Source: Bacteroidota bacterium (lineage in GTDB: Bacteria; Bacteroidota; Bacteroidia; AKYH767-A; 2013-40CM-41-45). From it: a DNA stretch of 64,000 nt. Of the stretch, positions 28,927-38,491 are shown piece after piece. Below the pieces are notes generated by a model. The model ran no database searches and was not told where the DNA came from. It was given only the letters and a program-made list of their open reading frames with translations. The position numbers were made by a program, and so were the translations under genes. Positions within the stretch are counted from its first letter, which is position 1, and the number at the start of each line of letters is the position of its first letter. Location of the stretch: positions 121,591 through 185,590 of the forward strand of contig JANLPR010000118.1 of assembly GCA_031367345.1 (NCBI GenBank). The letters are read 5' to 3'.

Positions 28927-29589
28927 CTAGATTAAATTAACCATAATATTTTTTGCAGCTTCAGAACTTATATGAATCGAATTCTTTCGTCCATCAATTA
29001 AGATGTCCATTGATTGATCAAAGGTGACAATTGATAAAATGGATAATCTTTTTCCAATGTTCAATCCGATTTTTTGCAAGTACTGCAAGAAATCAGGACG
29101 ATGATCAATAACTCCAACTATTACAGCATCCTTTTTTATTTCTATACGACTTAATTGTACAGTATTCAATATTGGGAAATTTCCCTTCTCATCAGGAATA
29201 GGATCACCATGCGGGTCAGTTTTGGGATTGTCCAAATAAGTGTATAATTTCTGAACCAACTTCTCTGACTGTATATGTTCAAGTTGCTCAGCAATCTCAT
29301 GAACTTCATCCCAATCAAATCCCAATTTTTCATAAAGAAATAATTCCCACAAACGATGCTTCCTAATTACATTGATAGCCCTTTTTTTACCTAAAGGTGT
29401 AAGATTCACACCATAGTATTTTTGATAGTTCAACAATTTTTTATCTGCAAGCTTTTGCAACATATCCGTTACAGTAGCTGGAGTGGTTGTCAACTTCTCA
29501 GAAATTGCATTGGTATTCACTTTGCCTTGTGATAAAGATTCAAGTTGATAGATCGTTTTCAAATAATTCTCTTCAGTATAGGAAAGCAT
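28927..29589 (-). CDS. DtxR/MntR-family metal-dependent transcriptional regulator with C-terminal FeoA/SH3-like domain
   Basis: Winged-helix N-terminus (EENYLKTIYQL...TPATVTDMLQKL), metal-binding/dimerisation helix (HRLWELFL), C-terminal FeoA-like domain. 5 nt upstream of the Nramp gene. Confidence 0.7.
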   Translation of the reverse strand: MLSYTEENYLKTIYQLESLSQGKVNTNAISEKLTTTPATVTDMLQKLADKKLLNYQKYYGVNLTPLGKKRAINVIRKHRLWELFLYEKLGFDWDEVHEIAEQLEHIQSEKLVQKLYTYLDNPKTDPHGDPIPDEKGNFPILNTVQLSRIEIKKDAVIVGVIDHRPDFLQYLQKIGLNIGKRLSILSIVTFDQSMDILIDGRKNSIHISSEAAKNIMVNLI

Positions 29590-29699
29590 AAATTTATTTT
29601 TAGGCAAATCTAAATTATTTTTTCTATTAATAAAAATAATATCCATTTAAATAAGTGATTTCACGCATTAATAACCAAAAAATCCTTTATTTTCGTGCA

Positions 29700-30755
29700 A
29701 TGAATTTTTATAAAGGAATAATCAGAAAATTCCTATTCTTATTTGATCCGGAAAAAGTCCATCATTTTACTTTTTCTTTTTTAAAAACCGTTTTTAAAAT
29801 TCCTTTTGTGGAAGGAATTATTAAAGACATTTATTCAATCAGCGACAAGAAATTACATCGAAACATTCTTGGAATTAATTTCCCAAATCCTATAGGCTTA
29901 GCAGCAGGATTCGACAAAAACGGAATTCTTTTAGATGAGCTTGCCGCTTTTGGTTTTGGATTTATAGAAATTGGAACAGTTACTCCTAAAGCCCAGTCAG
30001 GAAATGAAAAACCTCGGCTTTTTCGATTACCAAAAGATCAAGCAATTATTAATCGAATGGGATTTAATAACGATGGCGTGGAAGCAATGGTCGAGCTCCT
30101 CAAAAAGAAGAATCGAAATATAGTTATTGGAGGAAACATAGGTAAAAACAAACATACCGGCAATGAAAATGCTAACACAGATTACCTTCAGTGCTTTGAA
30201 TCTCTATTTCTGTATGTAAATTATTTCGCTATAAATGTTTCTTCACCAAATACTCCGGGATTACGTGAGCTTCAAGAGAAAGAACCATTACTTGCGTTAT
30301 TAAATCAATTACAAAATCTCAATTCGATATTAGCAGAAAAACATTCAACTAGTCGGAAACCAATAGTATTAAAAATTTCACCGGATCTATCGGAAGAACA
30401 ATTATTAGAAATAATTGAAGTTATTATTGAATCTAAATTGGATGGGGTAATAGCTACAAATACGACAACTTCTAGAGAAGGCTTAAAAACAGATCCAGAT
30501 ACAATTCAATCAATCGGTCCAGGAGGATTGAGTGGAAAAGTATTGACAAATCGAAGTAATGAAGTGATTAGATTTATAGCTAATCATTCAAATAAAAAGT
30601 TTGTAATTATTGGAGTAGGAGGAATTCATTCAGTAGAAGATGCACTTGAAAAACTCGATGCAGGAGCAGACTTAATCCAACTTTACACAGGATTTATCTA
30701 TGAAGGGCCTAAACTTATTAAAGATATTAAGAAGAAGTTATTGACACTCAGCTGA
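29700..30755 (+). CDS. pyrD: dihydroorotate dehydrogenase (quinone), class 2
   Basis: N-terminal membrane-association helix, FMN-binding motifs (GFDKNG, GIGGI). 352 aa from the ATG at 29700. Confidence 0.85.
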   Translation: MNFYKGIIRKFLFLFDPEKVHHFTFSFLKTVFKIPFVEGIIKDIYSISDKKLHRNILGINFPNPIGLAAGFDKNGILLDELAAFGFGFIEIGTVTPKAQSGNEKPRLFRLPKDQAIINRMGFNNDGVEAMVELLKKKNRNIVIGGNIGKNKHTGNENANTDYLQCFESLFLYVNYFAINVSSPNTPGLRELQEKEPLLALLNQLQNLNSILAEKHSTSRKPIVLKISPDLSEEQLLEIIEVIIESKLDGVIATNTTTSREGLKTDPDTIQSIGPGGLSGKVLTNRSNEVIRFIANHSNKKFVIIGVGGIHSVEDALEKLDAGADLIQLYTGFIYEGPKLIKDIKKKLLTLS

Positions 30756-30764
30756 ACCAATTCG

Positions 30765-31433
30765 TTATTCCTTTTCAGTCGGGAGATGCTTAAGAACTTT
30801 TGCTTCTAAATAAAATATTATCTCTTCTGCTACATTTTTTATCTGATCGCCAGTTCTCTCAAGCTTTCTAATAGCAGAAATAATATGCAACGATTGCCTA
30901 ATGTTATTTTGATTTCCAAGAATATACTCTTCGATTACATGATTCGCTTTGCCATTTATTTCATCCAGGTAATCATCCTTTTTAAAAACACCACGAGCTA
31001 ATTTCGAATCTTCTTTATCAAAAGCTGAAACAACATCGTTTAACATAACAACTGCCATTTCAAACATTTCATTGATCTGTGAAACCTCCAATAAACTCTT
31101 GTCGAACGTATTCCCTGAATCAATAACGTATCTACTTATACCATCTGCGATATCACCAATTCGTTCTAGATTACTATTAATTTTAAGTACGGCAAGAACA
31201 AATCTCAAATCAACTGCAACCGGATTGAAAAGTGCAAAAATATTTTCGCAGTCTTTATCAATCTTTAACTCCAAGGCATTAACTCTCTTTTCGTTAAAGT
31301 TAACTTCTCTGGCTATTTCTTTATCTAAACCAATGAAAGCAATTTGCGATTTTTTCATTTGACTGGTAACCAGTTCAAACATTTCAACTGTTTCGTCCTT
31401 TAATCTTTTTAATTCAACATCTAAATGAGACAT
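30765..31433 (-). CDS. phoU: phosphate signaling complex protein PhoU
   Basis: Two PhoU repeats with E(D)xxxD metal-binding motifs; 222 aa; last gene of the pst operon. Confidence 0.85.
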   Translation of the reverse strand: MSHLDVELKRLKDETVEMFELVTSQMKKSQIAFIGLDKEIAREVNFNEKRVNALELKIDKDCENIFALFNPVAVDLRFVLAVLKINSNLERIGDIADGISRYVIDSGNTFDKSLLEVSQINEMFEMAVVMLNDVVSAFDKEDSKLARGVFKKDDYLDEINGKANHVIEEYILGNQNNIRQSLHIISAIRKLERTGDQIKNVAEEIIFYLEAKVLKHLPTEKE

Positions 31434-31465
31434 GTTTTTCGAATTTAATATTTATTTTTAAAAAA

Positions 31466-32221
31466 TCAACCAAATCTTCCTGTTACATAACTTTGCGTTT
31501 TCGTATCCTTCGGATTTGTAAATATAACATTGGTATTGTCAAATTCTATCAGTTCGCCCAAATAGAAAAAAGCAGTTTTATCGCTTACACGACCTGCTTG
31601 TTGCATATTATGAGTTACAATAATGATAGTATATTTATTTTTCAGTTCATAAATTAATTCCTCAATTTTAGAAGTTGAAATTGGATCGAGAGCAGACGCA
31701 GGTTCATCCATCAATAAGACCGATGGTTCTATGGCTAAAGCACGGGCAATACAAAGTCGCTGCTGCTGTCCACCTGACAAGGCGAAAGCAGATTTTTTCA
31801 ATTTATCTTTTACCTCTTCCCACAATGCAGCTTGCCGCAATGATGTTTCTACTCGTTCTTCAACAAATGCAGAATGATTCATCCCATTAACTCTTAATCC
31901 GTATGCTACATTTTCAAAAATGGTTTTTGGAAAAGGATTGGGCTTTTGAAAAACCATACCTACTTTTTTCCTAAGCTCATCAATTCGCATTCCTTTCTTG
32001 CTATAAATGTCTTTGCCATCCAAGAGCACCTCGCCCTCAATTTTAACACCTGGAATTAAATCATTCATTCTATTGAAGAGACGAAGGTAAGTTGACTTAC
32101 CACATCCTGAAGGGCCTATGAGAGCAGTAACAGTATTTGCTTGCACCGACATAGAAATTCCCTTCAGCGCATGAAATGCACCATAATATAACTGAACATT
32201 TTTTGATTCAATTTTATTCAT
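31466..32221 (-). CDS. pstB: phosphate ABC transporter ATP-binding protein
   Basis: Walker [10 protein letters not shown], signature LSGGQQQRL, Walker B LLMDEP. PstB-specific N-terminal region. Confidence 0.9.
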   Translation of the reverse strand: MNKIESKNVQLYYGAFHALKGISMSVQANTVTALIGPSGCGKSTYLRLFNRMNDLIPGVKIEGEVLLDGKDIYSKKGMRIDELRKKVGMVFQKPNPFPKTIFENVAYGLRVNGMNHSAFVEERVETSLRQAALWEEVKDKLKKSAFALSGGQQQRLCIARALAIEPSVLLMDEPASALDPISTSKIEELIYELKNKYTIIIVTHNMQQAGRVSDKTAFFYLGELIEFDNTNVIFTNPKDTKTQSYVTGRFG

Positions 32222-32226
32222 ATCAT

Positions 32227-33081
32227 TTAATTCATTTTAACTTTATTGCCCAAAAATCTACGGAGTGCATTTGCTAATAAATTTAATATTAATACAAAAA
32301 GTACAAGTACGAGCGCAGTACCATAGGCCATATCTCTTGAGGCTACGATATCTGTTCCACTAGTTGAGATTACATAAAGGTGATAAGGCAGCGCCATTAC
32401 TTGATCAAAAATACTTGTGGGCAACTTCGGTAAAAAATATGCCGCAACTGTAAAGAGAATAGGAGCAGTTTCACCGCTTACACGACCAATTGATAATATC
32501 AAACCTGTCAATATATTTGGCATAGCCATAGGAAGGATAACTCGTCTGATCGTTTGCAATTTTGTTGCACCTAGGGCAAAACTTCCATGTCTAAATGAAT
32601 CGTCAATTGCTATTAATGATTCCTCTGTCACTCTTATTATTACCGGCAAGGCAAGTAGTCCCAACGTAAGCGAACCTGCAATAATACTATCACCAAAATT
32701 CAACGTATTAACGAAAAGAGCCATTCCAAACAATCCAAAAACGATCGAAGGAATACCTGCTAAATTATTCGTCATCATTTTTATAAAACGCTTGAAGAAA
32801 GAATCCGGTGTATATTCATGAATATAAATTCCCGCCATAACACCTAAGGGAAAGGCAACGATCATTGATCCCAAAACAAGGTAAGCTGTACCAACGATAG
32901 CAGGGAAAATTCCTCCTTTAGTCATACCATCTTCAGGCATTTTAGTTAGAAAATCCCAACTAAGAACATGCCATCCTCTTACAAAAATAAATTCTAATAT
33001 CCAGAATAGAATAAGGAGTACCCCCAAACTCAATAATCTGAATACCAAAAATGCAATTTTCTCTTTAATATTTTTCGACAT
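32227..33081 (-). CDS. pstA: phosphate ABC transporter permease PstA
   Basis: 6-TM permease with EAA-like loop. Position between pstC and pstB. Confidence 0.85.
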   Translation of the reverse strand: MSKNIKEKIAFLVFRLLSLGVLLILFWILEFIFVRGWHVLSWDFLTKMPEDGMTKGGIFPAIVGTAYLVLGSMIVAFPLGVMAGIYIHEYTPDSFFKRFIKMMTNNLAGIPSIVFGLFGMALFVNTLNFGDSIIAGSLTLGLLALPVIIRVTEESLIAIDDSFRHGSFALGATKLQTIRRVILPMAMPNILTGLILSIGRVSGETAPILFTVAAYFLPKLPTSIFDQVMALPYHLYVISTSGTDIVASRDMAYGTALVLVLFVLILNLLANALRRFLGNKVKMN

Positions 33082-34296
33082 CTACTTTTTAAATTTACGA
33101 CGCGATGAAACTGATTCAACCCAAAGATTAATAATAAACGTAAGAATAAATAATATACATCCTAATGCGAATAACGCTTTATAATGTACGCCACCGCTCG
33201 AAGCCTCGCCTAGTTCTGCAGCAATCGTTGCAGGAATTGTTCTTACAGGTTGTAGCAAAGAATGAGGCATAACTGCAGCGTTTCCCGTTACCATTAAAAC
33301 AGCCATAGTTTCTCCTATTGCTCTACCAATCCCTAAGATAGCTGCAGCAGAAATACCGGAAATAGAATAGGGGATAACTACCCTATGAATGGTTTGCCAC
33401 TTATTCGCTCCAAGAGCAAGAGAGGCCTCTCTCATACTTCTCGGAGTATTACGCAGAGCATCTTCAGAAACTGTTATGATTGTTGGCAAGGCCATAATAG
33501 CAAGAACTATACTACCTGCAAGTGCGGTTTCTCCAACAGGCAAATCAAAGAGGTCATGGATAAGAGGTACAATTACGATCAGGCCAAAGAAGCCATAAAC
33601 AACCGAAGGAATACCGGCCAACAATTCGATTATTGGCTTGAGAATTTTTCGAACTCTTTCAGGTGCAACTTCTGCCATATAAATAGCAGTTGCAAGTCCA
33701 ACCGGCAATGCAAACAAAATGGCAAAGAAAGAAACAAGCAAGGTGCCAAGAATCAATGGTAATACACCAAGCAATACAACGGGCTCTGCAGTTGGAAACC
33801 ATTGTTGCCCAGATAAAAAATCAGGAATATTATTTTTATCTACATCAATTTTTACACCTTTAAAATCTTTAGCTAGATATTTTTCAGGAAACACCGCAAG
33901 AATTGAAGGAATACTGTCGACAAGTAAATTCAATTTCTCAGGCAAATATTCAAAATTTTCACCAATCTCTTCATCCGAAAAATAATTAGAAAGATCATTG
34001 AATCTAAATAGTATGATCGTATCATTCTTACCGGATACTTCTTTCCAATTCGTGATTTTTTGATCGAAAATATCTTTGATGTGTACAGCATTCAAATGCT
34101 TTACCGGATTATTTTTATTTACAACTATCACATTGTGATTTTCCAATGGAGAAGTTGTAAATAATGAAAAGCCTTCTCGAAATAAAAAAATAACTATAAG
34201 CAAAACTATCAGTGATGAAAAGCCACTGCTAATCATCAATAATCCTTCAACTAATTTTTCTAATAACCGCTTTAACTTCATAAAATAAATAATCAC
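33082..34296 (-). CDS. pstC: phosphate ABC transporter permease PstC (with extended N-terminal periplasmic region)
   Basis: Permease core with EAA motif region (AIGETMAVLMVTGN); ~100-aa N-terminal extension. Confidence 0.85.
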   Translation of the reverse strand: MIIYFMKLKRLLEKLVEGLLMISSGFSSLIVLLIVIFLFREGFSLFTTSPLENHNVIVVNKNNPVKHLNAVHIKDIFDQKITNWKEVSGKNDTIILFRFNDLSNYFSDEEIGENFEYLPEKLNLLVDSIPSILAVFPEKYLAKDFKGVKIDVDKNNIPDFLSGQQWFPTAEPVVLLGVLPLILGTLLVSFFAILFALPVGLATAIYMAEVAPERVRKILKPIIELLAGIPSVVYGFFGLIVIVPLIHDLFDLPVGETALAGSIVLAIMALPTIITVSEDALRNTPRSMREASLALGANKWQTIHRVVIPYSISGISAAAILGIGRAIGETMAVLMVTGNAAVMPHSLLQPVRTIPATIAAELGEASSGGVHYKALFALGCILFILTFIINLWVESVSSRRKFKK

Positions 34297-34387
34297 AAGT
34301 TAATAAACTAAAAGAAGGAATCATTGCATTAAAACTCATGCAATGATTCCATCAAATACTTCATTTCACAAAAATAAAAATATTTCC

Positions 34388-35203
34388 TTATTTAAGGCTG
34401 ATATATCCAATCTGATCAACAATTTTTTGTCCTTCCGGCGAAAGTACATAATCTAAAAACGGTTTAACCAATGATTCTTTAGCAGTTGGGTAATAAAAGA
34501 ATAATGGACGAACGATAGGATATGATTTATTCTTTGCATTTTCAATCGTTGCTTTAACAAACGTTTTCCCGTCATAACTTACAGCAATATCTTTTACTTC
34601 TTTCGAAACATAGGCTAATCCTACATACCCGATAGCGCCCTTTGTTTGGCTTACCGATTGAATGATTGCACCGGTTGCAGGCATATTTAAAACTGAAGAA
34701 GCATAATTTTTTCTGTTCATAACATGTTCCTTAAAGAATTCATAGGTACCTGAACTGGTTTCACGACTATAAACTACTATTTTCATATCATCTCCACCAA
34801 CTTCTTTCCAATTTTTTATTTTTCCGGTGAAGATTCCTTCTAATTGTTCGCGTGTCAAATTGTTGACTTTGTTTGAAGGATTCACGACCACGGACAGTGC
34901 ATCGTTTGCAATAATAACTTCTTTATAAGCTCTTCCGGCATCCTGCATTTTCATACGTTCATCCATCTTTATTTTTCTAGATGCCATCGCAATATCGGTT
35001 GAGTTTTCTAGCAATGCTGATATTCCAACTCCGCTTCCTCCACCAATAATTGTTACCGATTTACCTGAATTTTTCTTCATAAAAACTTCTGCTTCCTTTT
35101 GAGCTAATGGAAGTACTGTATCGCTACCTTTTATGACAATCTTTTGAGCATTTGAAATAAAGCCTGCGCAAATAATTGTTATACTTAAAATTATTTTTTT
35201 CAT
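34388..35203 (-). CDS. pstS: phosphate ABC transporter substrate-binding protein
   Basis: Signal peptide. PBP type-2 fold with SGSG anion-binding loop (IIGGGSGVG); 271 aa. Confidence 0.85.
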   Translation of the reverse strand: MKKIILSITIICAGFISNAQKIVIKGSDTVLPLAQKEAEVFMKKNSGKSVTIIGGGSGVGISALLENSTDIAMASRKIKMDERMKMQDAGRAYKEVIIANDALSVVVNPSNKVNNLTREQLEGIFTGKIKNWKEVGGDDMKIVVYSRETSSGTYEFFKEHVMNRKNYASSVLNMPATGAIIQSVSQTKGAIGYVGLAYVSKEVKDIAVSYDGKTFVKATIENAKNKSYPIVRPLFFYYPTAKESLVKPFLDYVLSPEGQKIVDQIGYISLK

Positions 35204-35230
35204 GTTTTCGATTTTTTTTATTGTTTCTAA

Positions 35231-36604
35231 TTAAAATTTCATTTGCATTCTTATTGTAACTACATTATCCTTTACATCGTGAGTGTAATAAGACAAATTT
35301 TTCGATGTTTCGTTTGTAACCATATCATAATATGCCGTCAGTTTTACATTTGCATCCCAACGGAAGGCTATTCCCAAACCAAGAGTAGAATATTTTAGAT
35401 CGCCTGAATTAGTTGCTTTAAAATTTGAAGAGACAATCGTCTTTCCGATCTCATCGCCTTTTACATCTGTGTTTGGATCGTACCAATCATATTTAGCAAT
35501 TACAGACCAAGGTGATTGCATGATTGACTGAATAAAATAAAAGTATGCTCCGTTAAAATTTCGGTTATAAATATCTGCCACAATTGGGTCCTTACTATTT
35601 GGACTTTTAGATGCAGAACTTGCGCCCGGTTGCTTTCCCATTATGTATTCAGCACGAATAATTGTTAATCCTGCTTTTGTATCGATATTGAACGCACCAT
35701 CAAAACCAACATATTCTCGCTTCGAATAATCTCTGCTACCATAGTCGATATTTTTTACATCGTTTTTATTTGTTGTTAAAATAAATCCGGAGTTTCCATT
35801 AATATCGACACCTTTTCCATACACATTTACAGTATCAATTCTAAATCCACCACTGTAATAAGAAGCTCCTAAAGTGTATTTTATGGTTTCATCTTTGTTA
35901 GTCCGATTTGCTGTTAGATGGCCAATGAAATCTTTTTGCTTATCAAAATCACTAACATCACCTCCAGGTCCAGGTGCACCATTTCCATTAAACAATCCTG
36001 CTTCTAATTTAAGCCAATTCCAATTTGTTGTTTTAGGTCCTTGGATTGTTAGCATTGCACCCATGTCTCTTTCACCTGGAAAAAGTATTTGCGACATTCT
36101 ACCTCTTTCCGGTGATTCTCTTTGACTAGATGAAAATGGAACTTCAAATCCGAATGGTCTATTTTGAACTCCTGCTGTTATAGCAAACCATCCAGTCCAA
36201 GGATCTATAAATTTACCATAAGCATCTTTTATAGTCATTCCTCTTTCTGTTACATCAAACTGAAGAACATATTGAGAAGTAGAAATACCTTTTTCATTAA
36301 CAGGAGCATCGTATTGAATTTTGATCCTACCTCGACGAACATTAAATCTCTTATCTATTCCTTGCGCAAAACTACCTCCTGCATACGTACCAGCTCCGGT
36401 AGAGTCACCGTATTGAAATTGAGTTTGGATATAACCTCCGATTTTTATTCTTTTCAGTACGTCAAGTTCTGAACGCATTCCAGAAACGGTACTTGTCAAT
36501 GTATCTGCCGATTCTGTTGGTGCTACAGTTGTTACTTCCTGTGCATATAAATTTTGAAATTGAACTAATAAAATTGTGAGAATTGTGTAGAGGATTTTTT
36601 TCAT
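35231..36604 (-). CDS. outer-membrane porin, likely phosphate-selective (OprO/OprP-like), first gene of the pst cluster
   Basis: Signal peptide, ~440-aa beta-barrel with C-terminal F. Directly upstream of pstS in the same orientation. Confidence 0.55.
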   Translation of the reverse strand: MKKILYTILTILLVQFQNLYAQEVTTVAPTESADTLTSTVSGMRSELDVLKRIKIGGYIQTQFQYGDSTGAGTYAGGSFAQGIDKRFNVRRGRIKIQYDAPVNEKGISTSQYVLQFDVTERGMTIKDAYGKFIDPWTGWFAITAGVQNRPFGFEVPFSSSQRESPERGRMSQILFPGERDMGAMLTIQGPKTTNWNWLKLEAGLFNGNGAPGPGGDVSDFDKQKDFIGHLTANRTNKDETIKYTLGASYYSGGFRIDTVNVYGKGVDINGNSGFILTTNKNDVKNIDYGSRDYSKREYVGFDGAFNIDTKAGLTIIRAEYIMGKQPGASSASKSPNSKDPIVADIYNRNFNGAYFYFIQSIMQSPWSVIAKYDWYDPNTDVKGDEIGKTIVSSNFKATNSGDLKYSTLGLGIAFRWDANVKLTAYYDMVTNETSKNLSYYTHDVKDNVVTIRMQMKF

Positions 36605-36653
36605 GTGAAGTTTCAATTTTAGTTTCGCAAAAAAAACAATTTAGTATTAAACC

Positions 36654-36687
36654 ACTGTAAGGTCAATGTTACCTTAATGTTAACACT
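36654..36687. promoter_or_regulatory. Pho-box-like triple direct repeat (CTGTAAG-N4-ATGTTAC-N4-ATGTTAA) upstream of the porin-pst operon
   Basis: Three 7-bp xTGTxAx half-sites at exact 11-bp periodicity, 50-80 bp upstream of the porin start codon. Confidence 0.35.
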
Positions 36688-36756
36688 CAGGTCATCAAAA
36701 TAATTATTTGTAGATCAGACAGTTGAGAAGGTACAAGTCAAGTTACAAGCTCGAGA

Positions 36757-37128
36757 TTACTGTAATAACTCTTTTATCATACTCACTAACACCGATGGTT
36801 TAATCGGTTTTGTCACGAAATGACTACCTCCGGCATCAAAAGCTTTAAGGGAAGTAAACTCATCGGAATCGGCAGTTAAGAATAGAACAGGTATTTTTTT
36901 TAGCGAATCAATCAGTTGTAAATTTCTACATGTCTCAATTCCATCCATTCCCGGCATCCGCACATCCATGATGATTAGATCTGGATGAATAGCGTTTGCT
37001 TGCTCTATACACTCGTTTCCGTTATAAGCCTTGGACACTATAAAATTTTCTTTTTCAAGGTTATAGGTTAAAATTTCTACAATATCAGGTTCGTCATCTA
37101 CGACAAGAATTTTAAAGGCATTGTTCAT
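36757..37128 (-). CDS. stand-alone response-regulator receiver (CheY-like) domain protein
   Basis: ILVVDDEPDIVE...DLIIMDVRMPGMDG...K motif set; no output domain; ~123 aa. Confidence 0.75.
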   Translation of the reverse strand: MNNAFKILVVDDEPDIVEILTYNLEKENFIVSKAYNGNECIEQANAIHPDLIIMDVRMPGMDGIETCRNLQLIDSLKKIPVLFLTADSDEFTSLKAFDAGGSHFVTKPIKPSVLVSMIKELLQ

Positions 37129-37319
37129 TTTCTTTTTTTTCGAAATTAACATTATTACCTAGATATAATGTTAACTCAATATGAACATTGATCATAGGCA
37201 CTGCTAAAAATTGGAAATCATACTACTTAATTTGATTCAAAACATACAACTTTTTCAGAAAAGAACGTCGATAAGCAAACTATGATCAAAAACATGTTAT
37301 TTTTGTCGAACAATTATTT

Positions 37320-38369
37320 ATGGCAAAAAAGAACAAAATTTTAAAAGCAGCATGGGCAATTGTTTTTGCATTGATCCTCTTAGTTGCAGTGTTTGGCGTA
37401 CTTATTTATAAGCAAATATATACCCCCAATTTTTTTACAGGAAATAAATCTTCTGAATATCTTCTAATTCCGACCGGCTCAAATTTCGATGATGTTATTC
37501 GGATTATGGATCAAAATAAAATGTTGCTGAATGAGAAGAGTTTTAGATGGACAGCTCATCAGATGAAATATGATTTGCATATTAAACCGGGAAGGTACCT
37601 GGTTAAGAAAGGAATGAATAATAAGGATGTCGTGGCACTATTAAAATCAGGTCGACAAACACCAGTAAATATAACTTTTAATAACATCAGAACAAAACAG
37701 CAACTTGCACAAATCATTAGTGAACAAATTGAGGCACCTAAACAAAATATTTTAAATCTTCTAGATGACGTAGATTATACCAAGAAACTTGGATTTACTC
37801 CTGAAAATATACTAGCGATGTTTATCCCCAATACCTATGAATTATATTGGAATACGAGTGCTGATAAATTTATTATTCGGATGAATAAAGAATATATGAA
37901 GTTTTGGACACCATTAAGAATGTTAAAGAGTAAAAATATTGAACTTACGCCTGTACAAATTTCAGTTATTGCTTCTATCGTACAATTAGAATCAAATAAA
38001 GAAGATGAAAAACCAATTATTGCGGGTGTTTACATTAACCGATACAGAAAAAACTGGAAGCTAGAAGCCGATCCAACCTTAGTTTATGCATTAGGTGACT
38101 TTACGATTAACCGAGTTTTAAACGTCTACAAAGAAATTGATTCACCATATAACACCTATATGTATACCGGTCTTCCTCCCGGTCCAATTTGTTTACCAAC
38201 TATCAACTCCTTAAACGCCGTATTAAATTTCGTGACTCACAACTACATGTTTTTTTGTGCGAGAGAAGACTTTTCAGGATATCACTCATTTGCATCAACC
38301 TACAATCAGCATCTAGAAAATGCAAGACGTTTTCAAAAAGCATTGGATAGAAGAGGCATTCGCTCCTAA
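37320..38369 (+). CDS. mltG: endolytic murein transglycosylase MltG (YceG family)
   Basis: N-terminal TM anchor, YceG-like domain with catalytic E region (LESNKEDEKPIIAGVYINR). Confidence 0.8.
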   Translation: MAKKNKILKAAWAIVFALILLVAVFGVLIYKQIYTPNFFTGNKSSEYLLIPTGSNFDDVIRIMDQNKMLLNEKSFRWTAHQMKYDLHIKPGRYLVKKGMNNKDVVALLKSGRQTPVNITFNNIRTKQQLAQIISEQIEAPKQNILNLLDDVDYTKKLGFTPENILAMFIPNTYELYWNTSADKFIIRMNKEYMKFWTPLRMLKSKNIELTPVQISVIASIVQLESNKEDEKPIIAGVYINRYRKNWKLEADPTLVYALGDFTINRVLNVYKEIDSPYNTYMYTGLPPGPICLPTINSLNAVLNFVTHNYMFFCAREDFSGYHSFASTYNQHLENARRFQKALDRRGIRS

Positions 38370-38491
38370 TCAGAAAACCCGAACAAAGAAGATAATTTTC
38401 ATTTTTTCTTTCCGGATATTCCCTTTCTTTCAGAAAACATCTTATTTTCGCAAGTCAATTGTAAATATATTTAGCATAAATAAAATAGATT

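Noticed and set aside
33385-33985. + strand ORFs (125, 69, 88 aa) within pstC
   Set aside because: Antisense to a conserved ABC permease. Lys/Asn/Cys-rich artefacts.
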